Below are positions 45,649 through 54,797 of a stretch of DNA of 64,000 nt, piece by piece (positions within the stretch are counted from its first letter, which is position 1; every line of letters starts with the position of its first letter). The notes beneath the pieces are model-generated. The model did no database searches. It was not told where the DNA came from and saw nothing but the letters and a program-made list of their open reading frames with translations. The position numbers were made by a program, and so were the translations under genes. Origin of the DNA: a virus; IMG/VR virus record IMGVR_UViG_3300032288_001980, positions 96,001 through 160,000 of that record; one strand, given 5' to 3'.

Positions 45649-46954
45649 ACCTTGGCAAGTTATTACAGAGCTAGAATCAGACAATAGTCGACTGGCCAAA
45701 GAAGCAATTATAGAAAAAGAAGCCCAAGCAGGTAATTCGGAATTTTTCGAAGGCGTTCGCATGGCGCTGGACTGCATGGTAACTTTTGGTGTTAAAAAAG
45801 TTCCCACTCATGGTGGACCCGACGGACAGGGCCTGCCATGGTCGGCGTTTAAAGAACTAGCAGACAATCTTGCTAGTCGTAGCCTAACTGGTCATGATGC
45901 TCGTAATGCCATTGAGCTTTGCCTAAGTGCGGCTACAGAAGCAGAGTGGAATAACTGGTATCGTCGTATCCTTATTAAAGATCTGCGTTGCGGTGTCAGC
46001 GAAAAAACTGTAAACAATGTAGTAGGCAAAAAATACAAAGCATATTCTGTGCCTGTGTTTACTTGCCAATTGGCTCATGATAGCACTAACCACGAAAGCA
46101 AAGTATGTGGCAAAAAACTAATCGAAGTCAAACTGGATGGGGTGCGAGTATTGACAATCGTATACCCCAACGGTCAAGTGGATCAATTCAGTCGAAACGG
46201 CAAGGAATTGCTGAACTTTGGTCACCTCAAGGATCAGTTCGCAAAAACAGTGACTGGCTTGACGGAGCCTGTGGTGTTCGACGGCGAAGTGATGTCAAGT
46301 AGTTTCCAAGACTTGATGAAGCAGGTGCATCGCAAAGACAATGTCAGTGCTCAAGATGCTGTACTGCATTTGTTTGATTTTATTCCTCTTAAAGACTTCC
46401 AAAAAGGTCGTTGGGACAGGCCACAGGATCAGCGTAGCGAAAAGCTAAAAGCATGGAAAGACCTATGGGCCGAAGAAACGCCTGATGTTCAAATTCTCAG
46501 TCACGAAGTAGTTGACTTGGACACTGAGCAAGGACAAATTAAATTTAAAGAAATTAATGCTCGGGCCATTGCAGGCGGCTATGAAGGTATTATGATCAAA
46601 GAGCCAAATGCGCCTTACGAGTGCAAACGTACTGTAAGCTGGCTCAAGCTCAAACCTTTTATCGAAGTCAGTCTTAGTGTTGTTGGTGTCGAAGAAGGCA
46701 CAGGCAAGAACCTAGGCAGATTGGGTGCTATTATCTGTGAGGGTGATGATGACGGAAAATACATCAACGTTAACGTTGGTAGCGGCTTTACTGACGCTGA
46801 TCGCGATTCTTATTGGAACGGCAAAAATAAGCTTCTTGGACAAGTTGTTGAGGTTCGTGCAGACGCCGTTACACAAAATCAGGATGGCAGTTATTCGCTC
46901 AGGTTTCCGAGGTTCTTACGTTTCCGAGGCTTCGAGGCTGGGGAAAAAATTTAA
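45641..46954 (+). CDS. lig: ATP-dependent DNA ligase (T4 gp30-like)
   Basis: EVKLDGVRV motif I, FDGEV, EGIMIK, WLKLKP, OB-fold SLRFPRF; GGAG RBS before ATG 45641. Confidence 0.95.
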   Translation: MRKPWQVITELESDNSRLAKEAIIEKEAQAGNSEFFEGVRMALDCMVTFGVKKVPTHGGPDGQGLPWSAFKELADNLASRSLTGHDARNAIELCLSAATEAEWNNWYRRILIKDLRCGVSEKTVNNVVGKKYKAYSVPVFTCQLAHDSTNHESKVCGKKLIEVKLDGVRVLTIVYPNGQVDQFSRNGKELLNFGHLKDQFAKTVTGLTEPVVFDGEVMSSSFQDLMKQVHRKDNVSAQDAVLHLFDFIPLKDFQKGRWDRPQDQRSEKLKAWKDLWAEETPDVQILSHEVVDLDTEQGQIKFKEINARAIAGGYEGIMIKEPNAPYECKRTVSWLKLKPFIEVSLSVVGVEEGTGKNLGRLGAIICEGDDDGKYINVNVGSGFTDADRDSYWNGKNKLLGQVVEVRADAVTQNQDGSYSLRFPRFLRFRGFEAGEKI

Positions 46955-46964
46955 TAAGGTAACT

Positions 46965-47204
46965 ATGACGCCAGAAGCAGTTAAAGCAATGTTATACGGA
47001 GGCTTAAAAGAGCTGACCGAAGACCGTAAGCTATTTCGTAAAAGTGAAATTGGTCGTAAGCACGAATACAGTTCGTGGACTGAAGAAGGCGAAGTGGCCG
47101 TAAAAGATTTTATTAGTCTTGTGACTACTCAAATGTTGATGGCCGAAGAAGCACGTATAGAATCCAAAGCCAAAGATATGGTCATGGACAACCTAAAGAA
47201 ATAA
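46965..47204 (+). CDS. hypothetical protein
   Basis: AAGGT RBS before ATG 46965. Confidence 0.7.
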   Translation: MTPEAVKAMLYGGLKELTEDRKLFRKSEIGRKHEYSSWTEEGEVAVKDFISLVTTQMLMAEEARIESKAKDMVMDNLKK

Positions 47205-47667
47205 GTTCTAAATTAGGATCTGTATTAACTAGGTCAATGACCTGTTCTATGGGTACTTTGAACTTAATACTGGCATAGACCATGCCTTTGTTTTTAACGT
47301 CCCACATCATAGGTTCGGATTGTATATTAACTAGATAAGCACGACCTGCTTCTAGTTTTACAGGTTCCTGATCTTTGACGCAGTAATATTGCTCTCCAGC
47401 AGTATGCAAGTGCATGATCATAGATGTAAACCACAAACTCTTTCCGTAATGTAATCGCAACGTTGGGCCATACATGCTGTAACTAGGCTCTATGGCTATG
47501 TGGGCTACACAATCGGGTATTCTATTTAAGAAATCTTGTTTATGTTCTCCCAATGGGGTAACAGATTTTTTATGCTGGGCAATGTGTATCTTATCCCAGT
47601 TTACCCATCTTAGATTTTCTTCCTGCCATCTATTGGGAAGACTAATACCTTTAATTTCGTATATCAT
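47182..47667 (-). CDS. hypothetical protein, possibly a degenerate AspH-like cupin
   Basis: LRLH..., LEAGRAYLVN resembles the cupin strand; no clear HxD/distal His. Confidence 0.5.
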   Translation of the reverse strand: MIYEIKGISLPNRWQEENLRWVNWDKIHIAQHKKSVTPLGEHKQDFLNRIPDCVAHIAIEPSYSMYGPTLRLHYGKSLWFTSMIMHLHTAGEQYYCVKDQEPVKLEAGRAYLVNIQSEPMMWDVKNKGMVYASIKFKVPIEQVIDLVNTDPNLELISLGCP

Positions 47668-49625
47668 ACTGGAAATAATCCTTTAACCGCTTCCCATTGA
47701 CGTTTTTGTAATTCTGTAGGTGCACCGAATATAGGCTTCCAACGACCTGGGCTTAACTCAGGTCCTTTGATTTGTGCTCTACCGTTTTCTATAGCTTTTT
47801 TCGATGCTAGGTAACCTTCTTTTTCTAATTGTGCTCTAGTTTTGCCAGGAGGATAATTACCTGCCTTCATGATCTGTGCTTCTTTTAGTCTGCGACCATT
47901 CTCATGAGGACAGCTACTAATACAGTTAGCAACGTTGGCCCAGTCTCCGGCTTGTGCATATTCTTTAATGTTTTTATTATTATAACTTAATGAGCTAGCA
48001 CCGCCAGCACCCATGTTATATGCCAAACTTACTAGTGCATCAAATTGACTTTGTGTTGCTTTGACTCCTTTGAATCTGTTTTTGACAGCATTTTCAATTT
48101 GCTGGACATCAACTAGAAACTTATTATAGGCTTTTTCGTAAGGTTGGCCATTGTCAAACTCTCCGGGCTTGTCCCACGAAACACCCTGTTGTAAGTGTCC
48201 AAAACCAATACTGTTAAAACGGAAGTCCCAATAATCGATTGGTCTAAATGCTTCCATGCCCAGGATAAAGTCTGCGCCAGGTTTACTTAAATGCATACCG
48301 GCAATAGGTTGAGCATTTGTATTATCCACGTTAGCATTAGGTTCGATGCCAGTAGTATCCAACGGAGTAGTGCTGGCATTAGGGTCTGGTGGCAATCCAG
48401 GTCCGCCATCTGCGGCTGTTTGTTGTTCACTGCGTGTTTTGCTAGTTAATCCAGGATTAGGCAAGTTCACGTGGCCTCTCCATGGTTCGTGTTCTGGTAC
48501 GCGGCTAGCAATACTACTACGAACACTGGAGTTAACTGCTAGACCATTTTCCTTAGGAGTTTCAGGGCTAGCAGGTGATGGACCGTTTAAGTGTAACTGT
48601 GCGCCGCTCATTACTAAGTTGCCAGTAGCTCCTAGGTTTGCAGAACCTAGCGCACCCATTTTAAGATCGCCACCTACAATTAAATTACCACTGCCTGATA
48701 CACTAATTTTAAGGTCTGATCCACTGTTCATTTGAATTTGGCCGGCGGCTTCTAAATTAATGTCTTTACCAGCGCGAACGTTGAAATCTCCTAAAGTGTG
48801 GAGATTAATACCGCCTTCGGCATAAGCATCTATATGTCCGTCTGCACTTAATTCAAACCATGCTGTGCCATCTCTGTTGATCAAATAGATCATACCAAAC
48901 GTATCGTTAATAAAAATTTGTGCGCCGTTTTGTGTACGTAATCTTATATAAGCATTTTTTGGATCATCGTCCATGACAAACTGATGTTGACCAGGCGTTA
49001 GTATTCCATATACTTTGCTTATACTGTCTCGTTGAGCTCCACTAGTACTATTGCCTCGTAAAAAGTCTTTGGTAAGTCCTTGATCTTCCAGTGCGTCGGC
49101 AAGTGTGGGATGACGGGGTCTTAGACTAGCATCGTTGTCTAAGTCACGTTTATTCTTTTCTGCGCTAGGATAAGATTCAGGGTTAGTGGTCTCACCATAT
49201 GTTTTACCAAAAGGTATACCAGGCACTGTGTATGTATTAGCATCCTGATATAAGCAAGCAAACCATACGCCTTTGGTAATATCTCCGTTGGCAAAGCAGA
49301 CTAGTACTTCGTTGTTTACATCAGGAGGCACAAACCAAAAACCATATGCACGTTGCGTTTCGGTACTGCTTTTAGGATTAGAGCCTGTTGCCCTGGGATC
49401 ACTGGCACCTGCAAAAGGACTGGCATAACTTACAGTTACCCAAGACGAACTGTCACTAGGATCACTTTTAAATTCTGGTATCCATACTCGTAGTCTGCCC
49501 ATGCCTTTTTCGTCAGCATTATCTTTGACGATACCCAAGTATACGCCCATAGGCATATTAATTCTACTGGCGGTATCGTCTTTTGATTGAGGTCTAACTT
49601 TACTGGCTGCGTTACTGATTGGCAT
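47664..49625 (-). CDS. gp5: baseplate hub/spike protein, T4 gp5-like, with C-terminal GH24-type lysozyme
   Basis: YLGIVKDNAD..GRLRVWIP OB-fold, VPPDVNNEVLVCF, HQFVMDD beta-helix; lysozyme EAFR..YWD..SIGFGH, TQSQFDALVSLAYNMG. Confidence 0.88.
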   Translation of the reverse strand: MPISNAASKVRPQSKDDTASRINMPMGVYLGIVKDNADEKGMGRLRVWIPEFKSDPSDSSSWVTVSYASPFAGASDPRATGSNPKSSTETQRAYGFWFVPPDVNNEVLVCFANGDITKGVWFACLYQDANTYTVPGIPFGKTYGETTNPESYPSAEKNKRDLDNDASLRPRHPTLADALEDQGLTKDFLRGNSTSGAQRDSISKVYGILTPGQHQFVMDDDPKNAYIRLRTQNGAQIFINDTFGMIYLINRDGTAWFELSADGHIDAYAEGGINLHTLGDFNVRAGKDINLEAAGQIQMNSGSDLKISVSGSGNLIVGGDLKMGALGSANLGATGNLVMSGAQLHLNGPSPASPETPKENGLAVNSSVRSSIASRVPEHEPWRGHVNLPNPGLTSKTRSEQQTAADGGPGLPPDPNASTTPLDTTGIEPNANVDNTNAQPIAGMHLSKPGADFILGMEAFRPIDYWDFRFNSIGFGHLQQGVSWDKPGEFDNGQPYEKAYNKFLVDVQQIENAVKNRFKGVKATQSQFDALVSLAYNMGAGGASSLSYNNKNIKEYAQAGDWANVANCISSCPHENGRRLKEAQIMKAGNYPPGKTRAQLEKEGYLASKKAIENGRAQIKGPELSPGRWKPIFGAPTELQKRQWEAVKGLFPV

Positions 49626-49628
49626 TTA

Positions 49629-51953
49629 TTAACCCTTTGCGCTTGGTGTTTTGACTGCTAGTGCATTAGCTTGAGTTTCGGCTGTTTTGCGTGTAGCGGA
49701 TTGCTGGTTCTGTTGCGCGGTCTGTTGTTTTTGAACAGCTTCTTTACTTAGTCCTAGATAACTAGCCACAATACCTGCATCGCGTACTGCTGTAATTTTT
49801 TGTAAGAACTGTCCTTTGAATGTATGTTCTACTCTAGTGGCTAGATACAAGCCCGATATCATATTATTTTGATCAAATTTCATTAAACCATCGGTGGGAT
49901 CATAGTCGCTTGGAGTTTGTACAGTTAGATAAAAATAATTGCCGCCTTTATTATAGTCCGCCAAGGTCATTGAACTATTTTTCATTTGATTGTTGCCGCC
50001 TAGTTTTTCTAATAAAATACTGTTTGGCGTACCAAACCAAAACGGGTCTCCTACTATTTCTATATCAATTTTACATAAGTCCGCACTGGCACGTAGCTGA
50101 TTAAAAATATAACCAAATGTGCCGCGATTGTTACTAAAAGGACTTTCTACACCTTGTGTGCTTTCTTTATCCGTATCGTCCTCTAAGAATCTATTCAATA
50201 GCCATCCGGCATTAACGCTAGCATCATCTACTACACCTTGACTGTCTTGATATGTTAGCCCTGATGTACGTAGCTTGTGCGGGTCGCCTTTAGGTGCGTT
50301 TTGTCCGAACTTTCTAATAGGACCTAATAATGTTGTAGCGGCTTCCTGTTTGGCCTTCATTACAGGATTATTGGCCTGTGCTTGAACTAGTTTAGCTTCT
50401 TCTTTAGCTCTGTTGTTAAAAAGATAAAAGCCTTTGCCTTCCCTAACATCTTTTAATTTTTGTGCATTATCTTTCCATTCTTTACGTGCTTGGTCAATGG
50501 CAGCTCGCTCCCCGTCTGGATTCCCTTTAATCTTTGGACCATGTTGGCTAGTGTCTACGAATGCTGTGCCGTTAGTAGGAACTGGCTGAAAGAAAGCATT
50601 GTTTAGAGTAATTTTAAAAGATTTCACTTCAGTGTTTAGTCCAGTATAAAAATAATCATAACGTTTATTCAACATGTTAAGTACTTTTAACTTTTCATAT
50701 CTCTTTTTAATAGTTTCCCTATTAATAGCTTCATCGCCACCTTGTTGTGCATCTTGATCTGCTGGTGTTACTATTTGCGGAGTAATAAATTCCATTATTC
50801 TGTAAGTAATCTTTTTAGCATAGTCTTTGGTAAAACTATCAAACTCGATAGCTTGTGTATAAGTTTGTACCCGGAAAAACTTATAAGGGTCGGCAGCTTC
50901 GTCTGGAGTTACTTTACTAGGTAGTCCTTTTTCATTGCCGGCACTGCCTTTACGTTCTACTTTTTGCAATTTTTGCATTTCTTCTGTGCCGGCCAAAATA
51001 ACATTAATCAAACCTAATATGCCAGATCCTTCCCTAAAAATCTGGTTGCCTTTGCCGTCAGCGGATACTTGAGTGTTTTTGGTTGTAGCAATAGACCCTG
51101 GGTTAAAGTTAGCAAATTTATATTTGGCTATCTCGGGGTCTACAATAAATTCATACTCGTTAGGTATAATTTTGCTTACGTAAACTTTTTGTTTTTCTTT
51201 ATCATTCAATGCTTGCTGTAGTCCTTGAAAATATTCTCCCACTGTGGTTGCACTTACGTTAACAATGTCTTTTAAATTTTCTACTACAAGCTCTTGAGCA
51301 CTAACTTCTAAGTGAACAAAGTCGATTTTATATTGACCGCCTTTTTCAGTTATATTCATTTCAACTTTTCTAAACACAATGGGCCAAACATAATATAACC
51401 CTGGAATGAATACTTCATCGCCCGACGGAGTAGTGCCTTTAAATGTTATTTCTAAATAGTACTGGGCTTGAGTGTGATTTGAAATTCTAAGTGCATTGGC
51501 TGTTCGAACAAGTTTGTCTAAGAATTGTACACCCAGAGGTTCTGTAATATTCATAGTGCCGGTGGTTGCTACTACGTTTTGAGTTTTACTATCCCAGTTA
51601 CAAACGGTATTGACCTGCAAGTCGCTGATAATCATATCACTAGTGGCCGCAGTTTCGGCTATAACAACACCTTGTGCTGGATTCCAATCTTGTAACAACT
51701 GCGGGTGAATCATTGTTAATCTTAGATAGTAAGCAGTATTTTGATATTCGTTAAGTACGTTGGGCCTAAAACTGCCCATTGCTTCTGCGCTTTTAACAAT
51801 GTCTACTTGTACAGGTGTAACTTTTTTATCAGCTTGGTCTACTGCTTTTATTGTTGCAGGATTTCGTAATGCTTCTGCCCTAGCATTAATATTGCTGGCT
51901 GCTTGCGATGGAGTAACTGTCTCCCTAGGAGTCATTGGTGGTTTGTTTGACAT
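49629..51953 (-). CDS. baseplate hub protein (gp27/late-control-D-like)
   Basis: C-terminal IEIVGDPFW and ISGLYLATRVEHTF..GQFLQKI; position before gp5. Confidence 0.7.
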   Translation of the reverse strand: MSNKPPMTPRETVTPSQAASNINARAEALRNPATIKAVDQADKKVTPVQVDIVKSAEAMGSFRPNVLNEYQNTAYYLRLTMIHPQLLQDWNPAQGVVIAETAATSDMIISDLQVNTVCNWDSKTQNVVATTGTMNITEPLGVQFLDKLVRTANALRISNHTQAQYYLEITFKGTTPSGDEVFIPGLYYVWPIVFRKVEMNITEKGGQYKIDFVHLEVSAQELVVENLKDIVNVSATTVGEYFQGLQQALNDKEKQKVYVSKIIPNEYEFIVDPEIAKYKFANFNPGSIATTKNTQVSADGKGNQIFREGSGILGLINVILAGTEEMQKLQKVERKGSAGNEKGLPSKVTPDEAADPYKFFRVQTYTQAIEFDSFTKDYAKKITYRIMEFITPQIVTPADQDAQQGGDEAINRETIKKRYEKLKVLNMLNKRYDYFYTGLNTEVKSFKITLNNAFFQPVPTNGTAFVDTSQHGPKIKGNPDGERAAIDQARKEWKDNAQKLKDVREGKGFYLFNNRAKEEAKLVQAQANNPVMKAKQEAATTLLGPIRKFGQNAPKGDPHKLRTSGLTYQDSQGVVDDASVNAGWLLNRFLEDDTDKESTQGVESPFSNNRGTFGYIFNQLRASADLCKIDIEIVGDPFWFGTPNSILLEKLGGNNQMKNSSMTLADYNKGGNYFYLTVQTPSDYDPTDGLMKFDQNNMISGLYLATRVEHTFKGQFLQKITAVRDAGIVASYLGLSKEAVQKQQTAQQNQQSATRKTAETQANALAVKTPSAKG

Positions 51954-51956
51954 ATA

Positions 51957-52250
51957 TTACAAGTACGTCTTTGCGTTATCTTTGCTTAATAATTTAATCT
52001 TTGTTCCAGCTTTAAAATCAAACACTGGATCCGACAGTACGTCGGGATTTACTGCTCTAAATATCCACCACAATTTACTAGAACCATAAGCATCGTATGC
52101 TAATAGATCGGGTCTATGGTGGTATCTAGATTCAATGATTGCTTCTATTTCCGTGCCGTCTAAATTGACAGTGGGTAAAGTAGCCAAATCTAAATAAAAA
52201 CGATTTACCCTCGTAGTTGCGTAGGGACTAGTTTGTTCATACATTGCCAT
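51957..52250 (-). CDS. baseplate wedge protein, LysM/gp53-like
   Basis: RPDLLAYDAYGSSKLWWIF..NP...DF.AG..IKL. Confidence 0.85.
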   Translation of the reverse strand: MAMYEQTSPYATTRVNRFYLDLATLPTVNLDGTEIEAIIESRYHHRPDLLAYDAYGSSKLWWIFRAVNPDVLSDPVFDFKAGTKIKLLSKDNAKTYL

Positions 52251-52861
52251 TATACGTATCCTTGTTTAGCTAATTTTCCAGCCGCAAAGTCACTTAGATT
52301 AAAGTTTCTTGCAACTGGGCCAGTGTTGTATTGTGTCATTAAGTCAATAGTCATTTCTAATACAATAGGAACTACTACTTGACCAATCGGTGTTTGTACT
52401 GGCACATAATCTACATCGCTGGGATATCTATAGTTTACTGCACTAATAACAACCGGGACGTTTTGAAATATTGCAGGGCCATATGCATTAAACTCCATTA
52501 CCTGCGGAGGACTACCGCGAAGTCCGTCTGATCGTCCAAAGTGCATTTTTGTAATAGTTTTAAAAAAGTGCATTACTGCTACCATGTATTGTGCTTCCTC
52601 TACAGTACTAGCTGTAAACTTTGCACCATTTATACTTATTTTAGGGTTAGTTGTTCTTTGATAAATGTTAGGAGCATAGTTTGTATGCGTTAATGGCTGT
52701 TCTTCCCAAACTGAACGAACATCGTATTGAATGTCTGGCATGTAAGGAAACATTACTCCACCGAACTGCTTCAATGGTGCTAGCATCGGACTAGAAAATA
52801 AAGGATCCCTTACTCCTTTTTTACTGGCCAAAGCCACTCGCTTTGTGTAATCAATTGCCAT
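52250..52861 (-). CDS. tail tube initiator-like baseplate protein
   Basis: FPYMPDI, HTNY, G.PP..L.F.AYG..FQNVPVVI pattern; precedes the LysM-like gene. Confidence 0.7.
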   Translation of the reverse strand: MAIDYTKRVALASKKGVRDPLFSSPMLAPLKQFGGVMFPYMPDIQYDVRSVWEEQPLTHTNYAPNIYQRTTNPKISINGAKFTASTVEEAQYMVAVMHFFKTITKMHFGRSDGLRGSPPQVMEFNAYGPAIFQNVPVVISAVNYRYPSDVDYVPVQTPIGQVVVPIVLEMTIDLMTQYNTGPVARNFNLSDFAAGKLAKQGYV

Positions 52862-53471
52862 TGGCGTCTCCTAGTTTACTGTTAACTACATTAAATAAGT
52901 CTTGGTCAAAACGTCCAAATAATTCAGTAAATAATTTCATTCTTGTTTCTTGGTCTGCGGCAGCAAACATGTTTCTAATTTCACTGGCACTGGATATATT
53001 CTTTCCTAACAAAGAAAACTGCACAGTAGGTGCTACATAAACATAGCCATGCTTGTCAAATGTATCAAAGTCGAAATCTTTTGAGTACGGTTGTAAATAG
53101 CTTGGACTACCATCTTTTTTAGGTTTAAATGCAAAACGCGGATCTTCTGCCATATCTTTTTCGCTGACAGCAAACACTAAAATATCTTTGGTAGGATCAT
53201 GTTGTGCTGTTATTTCTTGTGCTTGATAGGGATTTTTAGTTTGTACGATAGCAGATCCCGGAACTCCGGTTAGCATCATTAGTGCTTTCTTTTCTGCAAA
53301 GTTAAAAGGACTTTTAGGTGGTTCCACTTTGTCACTGGTAGCAATACTAACTGCATCTTCGCCAAATTGTTTTATTAAATGGCCGTAGACGCTTCTGTGA
53401 CCCATGTGAAAAGGCTGAAATCTACCTGGGTAAACTACTACAAAGTTTTTGTTAATTTGACTAAATCTCAT
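52851..53471 (-). CDS. cytidylyltransferase-like (HIGH) nucleotidyltransferase
   Basis: YPGRFQPFHMGH, SPFNFAEK, ISSASEIR. Confidence 0.85.
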   Translation of the reverse strand: MRFSQINKNFVVVYPGRFQPFHMGHRSVYGHLIKQFGEDAVSIATSDKVEPPKSPFNFAEKKALMMLTGVPGSAIVQTKNPYQAQEITAQHDPTKDILVFAVSEKDMAEDPRFAFKPKKDGSPSYLQPYSKDFDFDTFDKHGYVYVAPTVQFSLLGKNISSASEIRNMFAAADQETRMKLFTELFGRFDQDLFNVVNSKLGDANGN

Positions 53472-53491
53472 AATTGTGGATCCTTATCTAA

Positions 53492-53497
53492 TATTTA
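53492..53497 (-). promoter_or_regulatory. candidate late promoter TAAATA heading the baseplate operon
   Basis: Intergenic, followed by AAGGA RBS and ATG 53471. Confidence 0.6.
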
Positions 53498-53533
53498 TGG
53501 CAAGAAAAATGGCTGTTTTTGAGTTGACAATAG

Positions 53534-53563
53534 TTGACTTTGTTAGTACTGACCTGCTACAAT
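53534..53563 (+). promoter_or_regulatory. sigma70 promoter for the late sigma gene, leaderless geometry
   Basis: TTGACT 53534-53539, 18 bp, TGcTACAAT (-10 at 53558-53563), 7 nt to ATG 53571, no Shine-Dalgarno. Confidence 0.75.
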
Positions 53564-53570
53564 CTTATTC

Positions 53571-54470
53571 ATGACCGCACCTAAAATATATCTAAGCAAC
53601 AAAGAATTACTCAAAGAAATTCACAAAAGTAAGATGACTTACTCCTGGCTCAAAGCGCCAGAATACTTTCAATACGACATTATTGTACGAGATTTAAACG
53701 ATTTTAACGATAAACCTACTGAAAAATACCCCGACGGTGTTATTGCTGAAGCAAAAGCTAATAGGGCCGCGGCTCTAAGTTTAAAAGCCCACGAAACTGC
53801 TGTTAAAGAATGGGAGTCAAAAGGCAGCAAAGGCGAAAAACCCAAAGCTATTCAATATAAAGTAGACCCCGAATCCGTTAATACAGATGATCTTGTGATT
53901 AGATTAATGACGTTTGAACATATTCCCGAAGAGCCCGGCCGCAAAAATAAACCAAAAATTACTAGCGATTACCACAGTAAAGTTAACTTTCCCCCTTATA
54001 AGCATTTTGCTAAAATAAATGCCCAATGGGAGGAAGTAGCCCGAAGTCATTGGCGTGGTGATTTAGCCACAGGGGAGTTTAGTGTTGACCATGGGCAAAC
54101 TACTCGCGGTTTAGCCCAAATGTATATTAAACTCTGTGAGCGTTATAGTATGCGTAGTAACTGGCGTGGCTACACTTACGTAGAAGAAATGCGTGGACAA
54201 GCTCTGTTGCAGTTAAGCCAAATTGGTCTACAGTTTGATGAATCAAAATCAGAAAACCCGTTTGCTTATTACACAGCGGCTATTACTAATAGCTTTACTC
54301 GTATTCTTAACATCGAAAAGAAAAATCAAGTTATTCGTGATGATCTATTAATTGACAGCGGACAAATGCCTAGCTATACTAGACAGTTAGAATACGAAGC
54401 ACTAATGGCTCAAGAGCGAGAAAGAAATAGTGCTTTGAGATCTGTAGAAATGGAAGACTCCAGTGATTGA
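53571..54470 (+). CDS. gp55: late-transcription sigma factor, T4 gp55-like, with N-terminal insertion
   Basis: NWRGYTYVEEM..FDESKSENPFAYYTAAITNSFTRILNIEKK matches the gp55 core; precedes gp47/gp46 as in T4. Confidence 0.85.
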   Translation: MTAPKIYLSNKELLKEIHKSKMTYSWLKAPEYFQYDIIVRDLNDFNDKPTEKYPDGVIAEAKANRAAALSLKAHETAVKEWESKGSKGEKPKAIQYKVDPESVNTDDLVIRLMTFEHIPEEPGRKNKPKITSDYHSKVNFPPYKHFAKINAQWEEVARSHWRGDLATGEFSVDHGQTTRGLAQMYIKLCERYSMRSNWRGYTYVEEMRGQALLQLSQIGLQFDESKSENPFAYYTAAITNSFTRILNIEKKNQVIRDDLLIDSGQMPSYTRQLEYEALMAQERERNSALRSVEMEDSSD

Positions 54471-54636
54471 TATCCAACCTAAAGATACCAGTAAGGGCCA
54501 CTTTTATGTAAGCCTTGTCAAAAGTGCTACTCGCATTGCCGCAGGTATTAGTTTAATTTGGCCTCAAAGCATAATTCTTGCAGGCATATTTCTTATTGCC
54601 GCAGAAATATTAGGCATTGTCGAGGAAATTGTATGA
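54463..54636 (+). CDS. small membrane protein (57 aa, GTG start; absent from the ORF track)
   Basis: GTG 54463 overlaps the gp55 stop; reads ..HFYVSLVKSATRIAAGISLIW..AEILGIVEEIV*, hydrophobic. Confidence 0.65.
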   Translation: MIDIQPKDTSKGHFYVSLVKSATRIAAGISLIWPQSIILAGIFLIAAEILGIVEEIV

Positions 54637-54797
54637 AGCTAATTTTAATTCAATTTTATTTGACTATGATTGTTGCACTACAACAGACTTGTTTGGCTGT
54701 TAGTAATGGCTGTTTGTTTTTGTACGGCAAGCTATCTGACTTGGCGTTTAAAGCAAGACTGTTGATAGAGGATTTAAAAAATGGACCAATTGTTTAA
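54633..54797 (+). CDS. small hypothetical protein
   Basis: ATGA overlap with the previous stop and GAGGA RBS. Confidence 0.5.
   Translation: MKLILIQFYLTMIVALQQTCLAVSNGCLFLYGKLSDLAFKARLLIEDLKNGPIV

Noticed and set aside
46725-46964. N-terminal extension of the 159-aa ORF overlapping the ligase
   Set aside because: It is an alternate-frame read-through of the ligase 3' end; the RBS supports a start at 46965
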